A stretch of DNA of 64,000 bases, taken from positions 1 through 64,000 of the forward strand of contig NMRA01000295.1 of NCBI GenBank assembly GCA_002633005.1, written 5' to 3'. Shown here one piece after another: positions 38,091 to 49,584 of the stretch. The notes under the pieces were generated by a model. That model worked only from the letters and a program-made list of their open reading frames with translations. It did not search any database and had not been told where the DNA came from. The translations under genes were made by a program, and so were the position numbers. Every line of letters starts with the position of its first letter. The first letter of the stretch is position 1. Source of the stretch: Phoronis australis (lineage: Eukaryota; Animalia; Phoronida).

Positions 38091-38669
38091 CCCCTCTCAA
38101 TAGCAGTTAGCTTGTCAAGTATGTTACTCTCTGCTGAAAGATCTTGTTTAATGCCCGTGTTTCGACTTTACAGAGTACGGCTCCAATTTATTTTGTTAGA
38201 TCTTTCTAAAACTTTCTTTTGACAGAAATTAGATGCTTTATAGTTGAAGTGTGCTGAGGTAATGTGACCTATGGTTTGTGATTCTTGCTGGTTGGGTTGT
38301 TGCCAACCAGACTGGGTTGTTGCCAACCTGAGTCATAGTGACAAATTACTCCAACATTTTACAGAGAAAGTGTTTAAAATACATTGCTAGAAAATGGGTC
38401 TTTTGAAGGGTGACTTTGACTCATGTTTATTCAAACTTGGCTCAACCTATGCAATAAGTGGCAATGAAGTTGTTTCAACAATTTACTTTTCCAAAAAAAC
38501 TGGAGACTATAGCAACTTAACCTCAGAAAATGTTTATTTGTATTTTCTACTCATTGGAAAAGATCTTTTATTTCTTCATTTAGTAATGGCGCATTGTTGA
38601 ATAATAGTGACTGGCAACTCTTATTTCTTAAACTATTTGCATGCTTGTCAGTAGCTGCATTTCCACGTT

Positions 38670-40097
38670 CCGTATTCGCCGTAATAACCGCCCATGCCCC
38701 TATAAGCGCCCCCCACGCATTTTCAGACTTTGCTGAAATAAGCGCCCAGTCCATGAACGTGTACATGCGAACAATAACGTACCTACAGTCCTAAAACTCG
38801 GCTACAGTAACGTCTTCAATTTATCAAAAAAATTTTGCAGGGGTCTTCTAGACCACCAGCGGCACTGCTACGTTTGCATTTAGCCGTGACTATACACTTC
38901 AAAGTAACGCAGCGCTTCAAAAAGAACGCAACGGCGCGTTGCTACTCTCGCGACGACCGTGTTCCACTATGGTCTGACCTTTCAGTGCAGACACATCGAC
39001 TATCTCATGAATAAAAATATCTCGGCCGTTAAACGCATGTGGCCAGGAAGCGCGCGCTACATATATGAGTCTGTCATCAAAGACATTAGTCGGGAACTAT
39101 CCATTCATGAAAAGGGTAGCATAGCATCGGTAAGAAATGAATATTGGCACTAATTTTCAACAATTGCTAATACCATAAAACATGTTTGCGTTATTTTTGA
39201 AATAGATTGTTTGATTAACCATCATTGGTGGTTTTAAGCCGAATATCCGATAAAATGACAACTGACAGTGAATGCTTACACACCCTTACACCGAAAAATA
39301 ACTGTCAGATAGTTACGTACGCATCCAGTTACACGGCGACTAGTATGGGCCTTACCGAGACAAATGTTGAACGTTTTTAGCACATGAGACCGGTAAGTGC
39401 TGAATGTAACACGCTCTGGTTTAGACCTACTGCTTGTGCAAATTCCTTTAGACACAATGCACATCTAGCTCGTTAGATTGCGTGGCTCTGGCCAAACAAA
39501 GGTCTCTGCTTCGGCAAATGAACTCTGGTGACACGCACGCGCTCGCTTACTCGCAGACGAACTTCAAAACAAACGTCACGTGACAACAACATGTGTGTTC
39601 GTCCAGACATTTTTCTCGCCGTGTTGCTGATCATACATGTAGATGGCACGATGTTGCACAGATTTGTACTTAAACCTGCCGTTAATCGATCCAGACTCCA
39701 CAGGAACTTAAAAAAAATCTTAGGGACGCTACTTGGAAAACTTAATGAGGATTTCAGGTAATTTGCTTGAGTCGAAACTATTTTTATTCAAGCATTAAAG
39801 TCGCCATATCGAAGACGGCGATTTCGAGGCAGTCAGTCGGCGAGTTTTTGCCCTGGGATTTCAGCACAATGTTCTGTATGATCGTAATTTAGCACAAAAG
39901 TTTGATAGCAATGCACCACAGCGTTTTTGAAAGTCTTTCATAGATTAAAGATACGTCACAGAGCGTAAATTTGATGAACCTTAACTTCCGATTTCACCAG
40001 TTTCGGAGACCGGGTTTCAACCGCCTTGGGTTATAATAAGCGCCCCCCTGAACCGAACTTTTCTAAGCGCCCTGGGCGGTTATTACGGCGAATACGG
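38670..40097. mobile_element. Family 2 non-autonomous Tc1/mariner-pogo-type transposon with both TIRs
   Basis: CCGTATTCGCCGTAATAACCGCCCA … TGGGCGGTTATTACGGCGAATACGG|TA: 25-bp TIR. Confidence 0.88.
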
Positions 40098-41077
40098 TAT
40101 TTCAAACTCTCCCTCCACACCGGAAATATTTTAGGAAAAACTTATGTATTGGAATTAATTCCACAAATCGTCATGTCTCCAAGAATTCCTGGTAACTGCC
40201 AGAATACCAGTATTTTGTCATTCCTATGGGCAGGCACTGGCACTATATCACTGACAACAGAATACGGTGCATGTGTTATCAACCATTGTTTTATTGTATA
40301 GATATTGTATCATCAGACTTTGGTTACTCGTGAATGAAATTTCCCTGGTGTAAGTCAAGGCAAATTTGGCACAATGTCAAAAGTTTTTGTTTTAATTTTA
40401 CTGCAAATATAACAGGATTACTTCCACTAGATTTCATGTGGGAATGGCACTATTTTCAAGTCACAGCACGTTCAAGTTCATTATAGTGACTTTCAGCGTG
40501 GTCAGTATGCTAGTTTTCACACTCCAAAATATGATTACGACATATGAAAAGTTGAGGTTATTATCACAGTTTGGGGGACCTGAAAACCAATATATTGACT
40601 GAGTTAGGAAGTCAATAATTGTTACCTCCAGTAAATAGTTCATGGAAGTAGGCTTTTGAACGTATGTTGATCACTCGTTTGGTCAGTCAGTCACTTGTTT
40701 TTTACCCAAAATTTGTCATCATACCTGTTGTCCAAATCTTCTAATGATGGCATTATTTCATCTACACATCAGGCGTACTCATTCAAAATGTTGTGTCACT
40801 CAGATTGATTTGATTTGTATGCGTGTGGGCTTGCATTCCATTATGAACAAGTCTGATTCAAGGCAGCACGGTAAAATGGTTTTAAAAATCTAAACGATTA
40901 ATAGTAGTCGGGTTGTTTATGATGGTTTCATTGTGCAAATAGATGGCATTATCCAGACTAATTTACAAATGGTGATTAGTTTGCACTTTAATCACTTGGT
41001 AGTGCTGCTAAATTGTTTCAAAGACACTTTATGAAATCAAGTCGGGAAGTAGGAAATGAAATCTTTATTTCCATATA

Positions 41078-41506
41078 CAAGGTACCTAAACTACACGGTC
41101 AACGGACTCATAAACACGACTCACGGACCTGCAAACACCGTCCACTGACTCACAAACACGGGAACGGACTCAAAAACACGATCCACGCACCCAAATACAC
41201 GGGACACGGACTCACATTCACGAGGAAACACGGTTAACGGACCGCCAAACACGGGTCACAGACAAAATGAAGATGTCAGCTGACCCAGGAAGCCGATGAG
41301 TCCGTGACCCGTGTTTGGCGGTCCGTTAACCGTGTTTCCTCGTGAATGTGAGTCCGTGTCCCGTGTATTTGGGTGCATGGATCGTGTTTTGTGAGTCCGT
41401 TCCCGTGTTTGTGAGTCAGTGGACGGTGTTTGCAGGTCCGTGAGTCGTGTTCATGTGTCCGTGCCTGTGTTTATGAGTCCGTTGACCGTGTAGTTTAGGT
41501 ACCTTG
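41078..41506. mobile_element. Palindromic (foldback) MITE with ~185-bp inverted arms
   Basis: caaggtacctaaactacacggtcaacggactc … gagtccgttgaccgtgtagtttaggtaccttg; ~36-nt spacer; flanked by ATATA on both sides. Confidence 0.92.
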
Positions 41507-42472
41507 ATATATCTCTTACACCAGTTTGTTGTGCAACATTTCATTTCATTAAATGATAAATTACAACCCATTGTATTTCTCCCATTTTACTTTCCTCCAT
41601 CGAATGTCTCAACCATTTTCTCATCCAATCAGTGTACTACATTTAATAGGTTGTCTGGTAGGTATCATACCTTCACCACTTCCAGGCTCATGTTACTTTG
41701 TATAGGTGAAATGCGATATCGTTACAGGCAGTGGCAAGTGGCACTGCAATTCTATGTGCATCTTCACAAATGTGGCAAATAAATTCCCAACAAGGAAGTA
41801 AATGATATTATAGTCTTGTGGCCCACGCATTACACCATTTGCTGCTTCCAGTCACATGACACAATGCATATAAATCAGAAGTAGGATAATTTGTAGTTCT
41901 AAAACCATGGAGACTTCAGTGGAATGTAAGTGGTCCCTATCACTTCCATCACTTAGTAGCAAGTGATGTCACAGAGCTTGAGTTGCGTGATCCACGTGAT
42001 CCACCTTCACTAATTCAAACCTCGTGCAGCCAATAAGTCGAGCATTTGAAGTCTCAGTTTGTGGAGCTTATTGGACAGATGAAAGTAACACAACTCTGTA
42101 TTGACAGGTTTTTGAACTGCTTGTTCCTTGTAAATTGTTACCCGTGTTTAGCCCGTCGTCGTATTGTTTCGACTACGTTGTAGTTTTATCGTTTGGTGAC
42201 TAACCATGCAGTTTCCACAAACAATAACTACGCCACTTCTTGGGCGTATCCTTAATACACACAGCATGTAAAATACATTTTCAAGTCTTATTTTGTGTCA
42301 AAAAATTTTTCATTTGCTGTGGATGATGTTAATGAAATTTGGACTTTCCGTGCTCTCAATAAGGATGGTATTGCGAGCTCACAAGACATAATTATTGTTG
42401 ATTGAGAGTGGACATTTCAAAAGTTCAGAGCACATGATTGTTATCGTATGCGTAAGCACTAAGATTGTAGGG

Positions 42473-42912
42473 ATCAATGGTGTAGGATTCACTGCTTATA
42501 ATGATTCAGTCTTTTAAGTAATCTCATACTTTATTTAGTGGCCTCCAATATATCAATGGTGTAGGATTCACTGCTTATAATGATTCAGTCTTTTAAGTAA
42601 TCTCATACTTTATTTAGTGACCTCCTATATATCAATGGTGTAGGATTCACTGCTTATAATGATTCAGTCTTTTAAGTAATCTCATACTTTATTTAGTGAC
42701 CTCCAATATATCAAACATATGCTTTGTCAACTAGTTAAACTACAGGTTATAAAGATATGCTTTGTCAACTAGTTAAACTACAGGTTATAAAGATATGCTT
42801 TGTCAACTAGTTAAACTACAGTTTATAAAGATATGCTTTGTCAACTAGTTAAACTACAGTTTATAAAGATATGCTTTGTCAACTAGTTAAACTACAGTTT
42901 ATAAAGATATGT
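42473..42912. repeat. Two abutting tandem arrays: 79-bp x3, then 38-bp x5
   Basis: atcaatggtgtaggattcac… followed by atatgctttgtcaactagttaaactacag…. Confidence 0.92.
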
Positions 42913-43122
42913 TTTATATTTATGTGCCATTATTATTATTACATTAACACTTTTTTAAGTCGGAATTTTAATTTTATGAAAGGCACATTCATACCAAAAT
43001 AACCCCTCAGTCAATTTTAATGAAACCTCTTTTAAATGAACACTTCACCAGTTATATCAGAAACAGTGTTAGCCGGTAATTTTCAATTAGTCTTTTAGTT
43101 TGGTTTCTATTGTAAAAGATAC

Positions 43123-43277
43123 CAGGGCCCAGTTGCATAAAAGTTGTATTCCGTATAGCTACATTGACATCGCATTGTCACGCGTAATGTTGTTATTGTT
43201 GAACAATGCACCTGACATCACGCAACAATCAAACTTATCCACAGATAACTTTTGAAGCTTTATGCAACTCACCCCTG
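43123..43277. mobile_element. PIF/Harbinger-like MITE
   Basis: cagggcccagttgcataaaag … ctttatgcaactcacccctg TIRs. Confidence 0.65.
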
Positions 43278-45229
43278 TGGTATTCATTACGCAGACACTA
43301 AACCTTTTAAAAAATTGAAAATCCTAACGTTTTTGAGATTGATGAATAAATATTTTTATCAAAAGGTACAGTAGGTCTCAGAAGTGCACTGCGTTCCTTC
43401 CAATGATGTCATCATGCATTGTGATTAGTATGAGCACCACCTAAAGTTCTTATTTGGCACTAAACAGGGCCACTTAAGTGCCAAGTATAAAGTAAAAAAA
43501 TGGCATGGTTATTTAACGTGTTCTATTCTCTGCCTTAAAATTATTTTATTAAAAGCTTCAATTTTATTGGTTTAATGAAATCATAATTTGAGTTGATTCA
43601 TCACATGAAAAGAATTTTTGTTAAAAAGGTGCAGACAAAAATAACTTATCAAAAATACTCCAATTTAGGCTACTATGCAGTATGGAATTGCCCACAAGGG
43701 TTGAAAGCATTCGGTTGAAAGCATTCGGTTGAAAGCATTCGTTCGAAATATGATACTGCAAACAGAAAAATGGGGTCAGTTGCTACTTATGATAAAAACT
43801 CTCCAGTTTGGAATAGTGAAAACTTTATTACTAGTTACAAAACGCAGTGTCTGATATTTGAGAAGATATGATGAATGCCAAAATTGCCCATGGTGCAATC
43901 TTTATGATCAAGAAATGTCTCCTTCGGTTGAAATTTTGGTGTCACAATCGTTAGAGATTGTTGCAAGCTAAAGATTTTTTGTCTATCCACACCTAACATA
44001 AATGATAGTTTATTACAAAGTACGGTACTTCCTTGCCCTGAATTCAGGGGTTCTGACAACCCAGTTTGTCCATGCTATTGACGTGATATATTAAGAAGGA
44101 AGATTTGGATTTTGTTTGTAGTTTGTATGGAAGTGTAGATAGTTTGATGACCTTTAGATCATTGTCGAGGTCACAGCGAGAAAACCAATTCTTTACTTAT
44201 AGTAATGTTTTTGGCACGATATCTGGTGTCTAATGTTTTCTGCGCCTGGAGAGATGAACAGAATAACCTAAAATGTTCTTGGAACGAATGTGACGCATCA
44301 TAAATGTAATTGTCTGTTCAAAGAACTTTTTAAAAATTGAGTCCAACCACAATTTTTATTACCTTCAAAATCATTACCACTTAAATGTTGTAGCCTTGCA
44401 ATATTCATGCACTTTGCAGTGACGTGGGACAATTTAGTCTCTCTGTGACAAATGCTTGTTTTCACTAGTTTATTAGAGTGGAAAACGTGGGTTTTTGTAA
44501 TGGAGATGTGTGTTGAAGTAAATGTGCGTAAAATGGGGGAGACATTGGTTTATCCATTCGTCTTTGTCTATCATTAGAATACGTGCCAAAGACATAAATT
44601 CTTTCCTTGGTAGTGAAAAGTAAGTTGGGATTTTTGTTACCATCAAGCTGTTTTAAGCCGACCGTTTCGCATTAAGTCTGCAATGGGTGATAAAACATGT
44701 TCAATACTGCAGGCTTTAGGGGTGTTTTAACACAATTCTGTGACGCTTGACTACTTTTCAAATTATCTGCGACTTTTGAATGCTATCCGATTATTTTGAT
44801 GTCATTTTCAGACTTTTGTAGATTAGATTGGCACCTGTGCAGTATAGAAGGTGATTAGGAGTAACATTGTTTCTGTTGGGAAATGAAAATGTCCAATTAC
44901 ATATGGTACTCATGGTTTATTTTAATGGATTTCATTGAGTGTATTGATTGTAACTGTCCAGGCTAATGCCCTCTGAGGAATTTTCGTAATTTTTGTTTTC
45001 TGTTCAGTAACCAGTTATCATGCATTTGGTACTTCACAACACCAATGTCTGAGACTTGCAGATCCCAAAATGCACACAATTCACAACGGGTAAAATCTCA
45101 TTGAAGTACACTGAGTGCGCTAGACGTGAAATTTTCTCGTGCTTTCCTTATACAGATATGTAGTATCAAATTCAGGCAATTGTCAACCTTTGCAGATTTT
45201 TTGCTCTAAGAATCCAGCATTCATGTTGT

Positions 45230-45445
45230 AAAACTCTGCCTGTGTTTCATTGTTGCTTATAACTTGTTCATTTCACTTATTGTCTGATGATGAGACATGC
45301 AGTCTCGAAATATATAGCAAATGTTTTAATTTGTTTGTTTATGTCTCTTGGTGTTCTGCTACATAGCTGCACACCTGAAGAAAGGAGATTGTTTGGACAT
45401 TACCAGCAACTGTATTAAGCTTTCAAACAAAAAGTTTAGTCATGT
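45230..45445 (+). mobile_element. Solo Penelope pseudo-LTR (copy of 50570..50835)
   Basis: About 200 bp of high identity to the 3' end of the PLE at 49585..50835. Confidence 0.8.
45280..45320 (+). ncRNA. Minimal type I hammerhead ribozyme
   Basis: ttgt-CTGATGA-t-gagac/atgca/gtctc-GAAA-tata-TA-gcaa; intact core; palindromic stem III ATATAT; predicted cleavage after A45316. Confidence 0.75.
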
Positions 45446-45838
45446 TTTCAATGAAGTTTGTATTCATTAAGGGTTGCCACTGAACTGTACCAAATGGTCA
45501 CATCATGAATGTACGATTCTATGCTGAAAAGCATTGCCTGTTGTCTTTGTGGCAGCGTTTTCAGATAGTTAAAAAAAAAACGCTCATTGATTCCATCAAG
45601 AATGTCATTTAGCGACAGTGTATTTGCCTTGGACATCTTGTTTGTTTGTTGGGTGTCATGCAAAATTTTTAATTTGGGTGGAGCTGGCAATAACAAAAAC
45701 AAAAGACATTGAAAATGATCAATTTATTCTATTTGTGGACGTATCAGAAGTTTTCTTTAGTCATTCATTGGTTACAATTATTTCATTTTTAATTCTTTCA
45801 TCTTGTAGCTTCTAAATTTACAGTTTCTTTGCTTGTAG

Positions 45839-45936
45839 TGCGTTCTGAAGGAAACTTACATTTTGACCGAGAAAATGTGGAGCTGAGGCAATCTGCGATA
45901 AACGCCACCTACAAGAGACTCTCCAAACTAGTTCTT
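45839..45936 (+). CDS. SPTBN5: beta-H spectrin exon E: (V)RSEGNLHFDRENVELRQSAINATYKRLSKLVL
   Basis: cttgtag|TG ... CTT|gtaagc; the phase-1 start matches the end of exon D across a ~28 kb intron; helix C motif RQ..IN..Y..L. Confidence 0.9.
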
Positions 45937-46044
45937 GTAAGCCTTTTACCATCAAGTTCATAAACTATGCTGTTTACAATGTAGAGTAACAGATCATTTC
46001 CTTTGTATTCTAGCATGATTACATTTAGTAGGTTGCTAGTTTGC

Positions 46045-46290
46045 CCTTTTTGAACATGTGACTAATGTGTGTGCTTTTGAACAAGTGACTGTGCTTTTGA
46101 GCAAGTGACTAATGAGTGTGCTTTTGAACAAGTGACTGATGTGTGTGCTTTTGAACAAGTGGTTAATGTGTGTGCTTTTGAACAAGTGACTAATGTGTGT
46201 GCTTTTGAACAAGTGACTAATGTCTTTGTGCTTTTAGACAAGTGGCTAATGTGTGTGCTTTTGAACCAGTGACTTTGTATGTGCTTTTGA
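46045..46290. repeat. Minisatellite, ~27-bp unit (gtgtgtgcttttgaacaagtgactaat)
   Basis: About 9 copies. Confidence 0.9.
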
Positions 46291-46729
46291 AGAGCACCTG
46301 TTGATGATGGGCAAAAGGAGGATTTTGTATCATTCCTTAAAGCTCCTTGAGGTCTGTATGTGGGTCAGTGCCATCATCGCTTCTCTATTCAGATTGCTCC
46401 TAGAGTAACCACAGTGATAATTCCGTGATGTGCCTATAAACTGAACTCTTTGCAAGAAACGACTTTTTGATTTAGATCACTTACTGCTATATAGTTGGTC
46501 TCAACTTGTTCCTAACTTGTAGCGCCTGGTCTCAATCAATAGTGAATTGTCAGTGCTTTCTAATCCTTACAATCACCTCTAATTTGACTATAATGAACAA
46601 TTTCAGATCAGTTTCATAATGGAATGTGGTCCAGATCAAAATTTGTTTTGTGGTGGGAGCCAATTTAAAGTCTGTTGTACTGTCTAATGTACAGCTGCTT
46701 GAAATGAGTATATCATATTTTTGTTTTAG

Positions 46730-46816
46730 GCACGCAAGCGCCACCTAACAGATGCCATGCAACTGTTCCAGTTTTACCGAGAATGTGACGAATTTGAGTC
46801 ATGGATGGCAGACAAG
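46730..46816 (+). CDS. SPTBN5: beta-H spectrin exon F: ARKRHLTDAMQLFQFYRECDEFESWMADK
   Basis: ttttag|GCA ... AAG|gtttgt; repeat junction R...L.DA..LF.FYREC. Confidence 0.94.
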
Positions 46817-46954
46817 GTTTGTATTGTAGTGTTACTGAGAGTACTCTAAACTTGCCTGGTTCAGTAGTACCCCTAATTATCAGTTTGTATTGGTAACATG
46901 AATAGTATCCTTCATAAGCAAGTTGTAGCTTATTTTTTGATACATTTTGGTACC

Positions 46955-47198
46955 ACTGCCTCTTTTCCTCCTTCCCTCACTCTTTCCCTCCCTCCCTCAC
47001 TCTTTCCCTCCTGCCCTCACTTCCACTCTCCCTCTTCCCCTCCCTCCATCCCTCCCAATCCCCCTCTCTCCCAGTGTCCCTCCCAATTTCGCTCTGTCCT
47101 TTCAGGCCTGCTTGCCTCACTCATTCCCTCCCACCCCTGCCTCTCTTCCACCCATGGCTCCCTCCCACCTCTGCCTCCCGCCATCCTGACCCACCCCT
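46955..47198. repeat. Polypyrimidine (C/T-rich) low-complexity tract
   Basis: cctccct-type runs; accounts for the spurious P/S-rich ORFs. Confidence 0.85.
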
Positions 47199-47376
47199 TA
47201 AGATCTATGGCAAAAGAGGATAATTTGACGTTAGTCATTCTTGTAAGTCAACCTAATCAAGAATACAACATTGTCTCTTTTTACTTAGGTGAGAAAGCTT
47301 TTGATAGTTATGTCAAATGACTGCAGGTGATTATTGAGGACAAATTGGTGCAAGAGGTTGTTTTCTTTGATAGTTA

Positions 47377-48934
47377 CAAGGCTTGGAATTTTCCGCGGAA
47401 ACGCGGATTTCCGTTTTTTTCTTTTAGCCCCTCCGCGTATTTTCGTTATACTTCCGCAGAAAAAAATCGGATTTGCCATGAAACTATCGCGGCACATTGG
47501 TTTCTCACCGTGGCGTTGCCGCCGGCTCGAAAAGCGGAAACTGCTCTTTATGTTTTGGAGGAACGAAAATTGTAATTGTGGATCACAGGCGCTTGAATTT
47601 CTCGATGACTTGTAACCATATACAAGAAACATGCTTTCTTAGTAGTGAGTGACGTCAGAGGCAATCGAGGAAGAGATAAATTCAAGCACTTGTGCCTGGG
47701 ATACCATGGTTCATCAATGGCGTCTGCATTTGGTGTAAAATCGTGGGGACAAATTAGTGCGATTCTGCTGTCAAAAATGCATGGAGCGTGGAGTAGACAG
47801 AATATTTCGTGGAAAAGTGGATAAAAGAAACGGTCAATGTCTTCAAGAACTACATAAGTCAAGGTCTGTGCTCTGTAAACTTTGAGAGAGGAACAATTAC
47901 GGAGTGCGTGGGCGAGTCGCCTCGGACTAAGTTGGAGTCGGAGGATCGACTGAAAATGATGAAACACCAGAAATAACAACGCTCCCTGAAAGGAAATTCA
48001 ACCGTAACCGGTTATTCGTTCATGTTGGAATCGTAGGATGTGAGTGATGTATGAAATTCTTTTGTTTGATCCCAAATGCATGCTCGTTGCCGTTGGCTGC
48101 GAAGCCCTAACTAAGGCCTGACCACTTTGAGTGCAATTTTCTACGTGCCGCCGAAACGGGATATAAAGTGCTATTTTCGTTACTGCAAATGCGTTTTAAA
48201 TTGCCTTTTATGTATTTCAATTTATCTTGACAATTTTTGTGTTCTATTTTGTGACGCGAGTTTTACAATTTTAGAGAAGTGATCACTAGACAGATTCTGA
48301 ATGATATGATTGGTCTAAGCCATTGTTTACAAATTCTGCCTGACTATTTTCAGTGTCCTGATAGAACTTTATTTCTTATGTCACATACTTTCTTCTACAC
48401 CAGCGTGACTTATGAACAGTCAACTCCTGTAATTACTGTTGAAACTTAAAAGTTTGGCCAACTTAGGATTGTGATTGATACATTCTCCATGCTAACAGTT
48501 GGGGGTATGAGCCACAGGTTTTCGTCTTGACTTTTTCCATTTGCATTGGAATTAAAATTTTTGTTGGAATTAAATGTGTATGTATATCAGGCTTTCTAGG
48601 TAATCTATGCATCAATTTTCAATTTTTTTGTAATTTTGTATAGTAATCATAAGAATTGAATATAATGCAAAGTAGTGCAGCAAATCAAGAATAGGCTCCT
48701 GCCACTCAGACTGCAAATTTTTCATCATTATCGCTATTTTAATTTTAGAAAATATTTTTGTTGCATTTAATTGCCTTCATTGTTGTTGATGAAATAGATA
48801 TCAGGTACTGCTTAAGATGAGTACGTTTCACAACACAGTAACTTTCGATCTGTTGAGGTATGGTTTAGATTGAAATGTGTATTTAGGGCCGTAAAAATTT
48901 CCTCTTTTTTTGTCATGGGTCATTCCAAGCTCTG
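47377..48934 (+). mobile_element. hAT-like non-autonomous/deleted DNA transposon with 6-bp TSD
   Basis: TAGTTA|caaggcttggaa … ttccaagctctg|TAGTTA; internal decayed coding stretch (~47717..47930: DSAVKNAWS…LCKL…NYGVRGR) resembling an N-terminal zinc-finger region. Confidence 0.72.
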
Positions 48935-49171
48935 TAGTTATGTCAAATGAGTGCAGGTGATTATTGAGGAAAAAAGTGTGTAGGATGTTGTGTTTCTGAG
49001 TATTAGCCATGTCACTGTGTGTAGCAGTCTTCTCATTATGTGTATTATTCATATCATTACATGTATCATTCTTCATAAATAATGAGTTGCATGCTATGAA
49101 TGATGTCTGCTAAGTTGATACCTTGCTTTCACTTGATTGTCGTAATTCTTGGCAAGTAGTCACAAAAGAGT

Positions 49172-49352
49172 TTGATACAACATATTCTATCATGAATGTA
49201 CCCATTGTTGATACAACATATTCTATCATGAATGTACCTATTGTTGATACAACATATTCTATCATGAATGTACCCATTGTTGATACAACATATTCTATCA
49301 TGAATGTACCCATTGTTGATACAACATATTCTATCATGAATGTACCCATTGT
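49172..49352. repeat. Tandem repeat, 36-bp unit x5
   Basis: ttgatacaacatattctatcatgaatgtacccattg. Confidence 0.95.
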
Positions 49353-49584
49353 TTTTTTGTAGAATTGATCATTGGTATTATTACTTTATTAATGTACTCA
49401 TTGCATGTTTTTGATCGGTGCTACAAAAGTATTAAAACATATCTTTTGTTTGAAAATTTTATTAAAAAATGTGAGGCACACATTTTCTTTCTAATTTCAT
49501 TTTCAGAGTGAAAAACAGTGTAGATCGGTAGCAGCCCTACGTTAACACAGTGTAGATTGGTTGCAGCGCTACGTTAATACGCTT

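Noticed and set aside
46898-47320. Pro/Ser-rich 140-aa ORF
   Set aside because: Product of a polypyrimidine low-complexity tract
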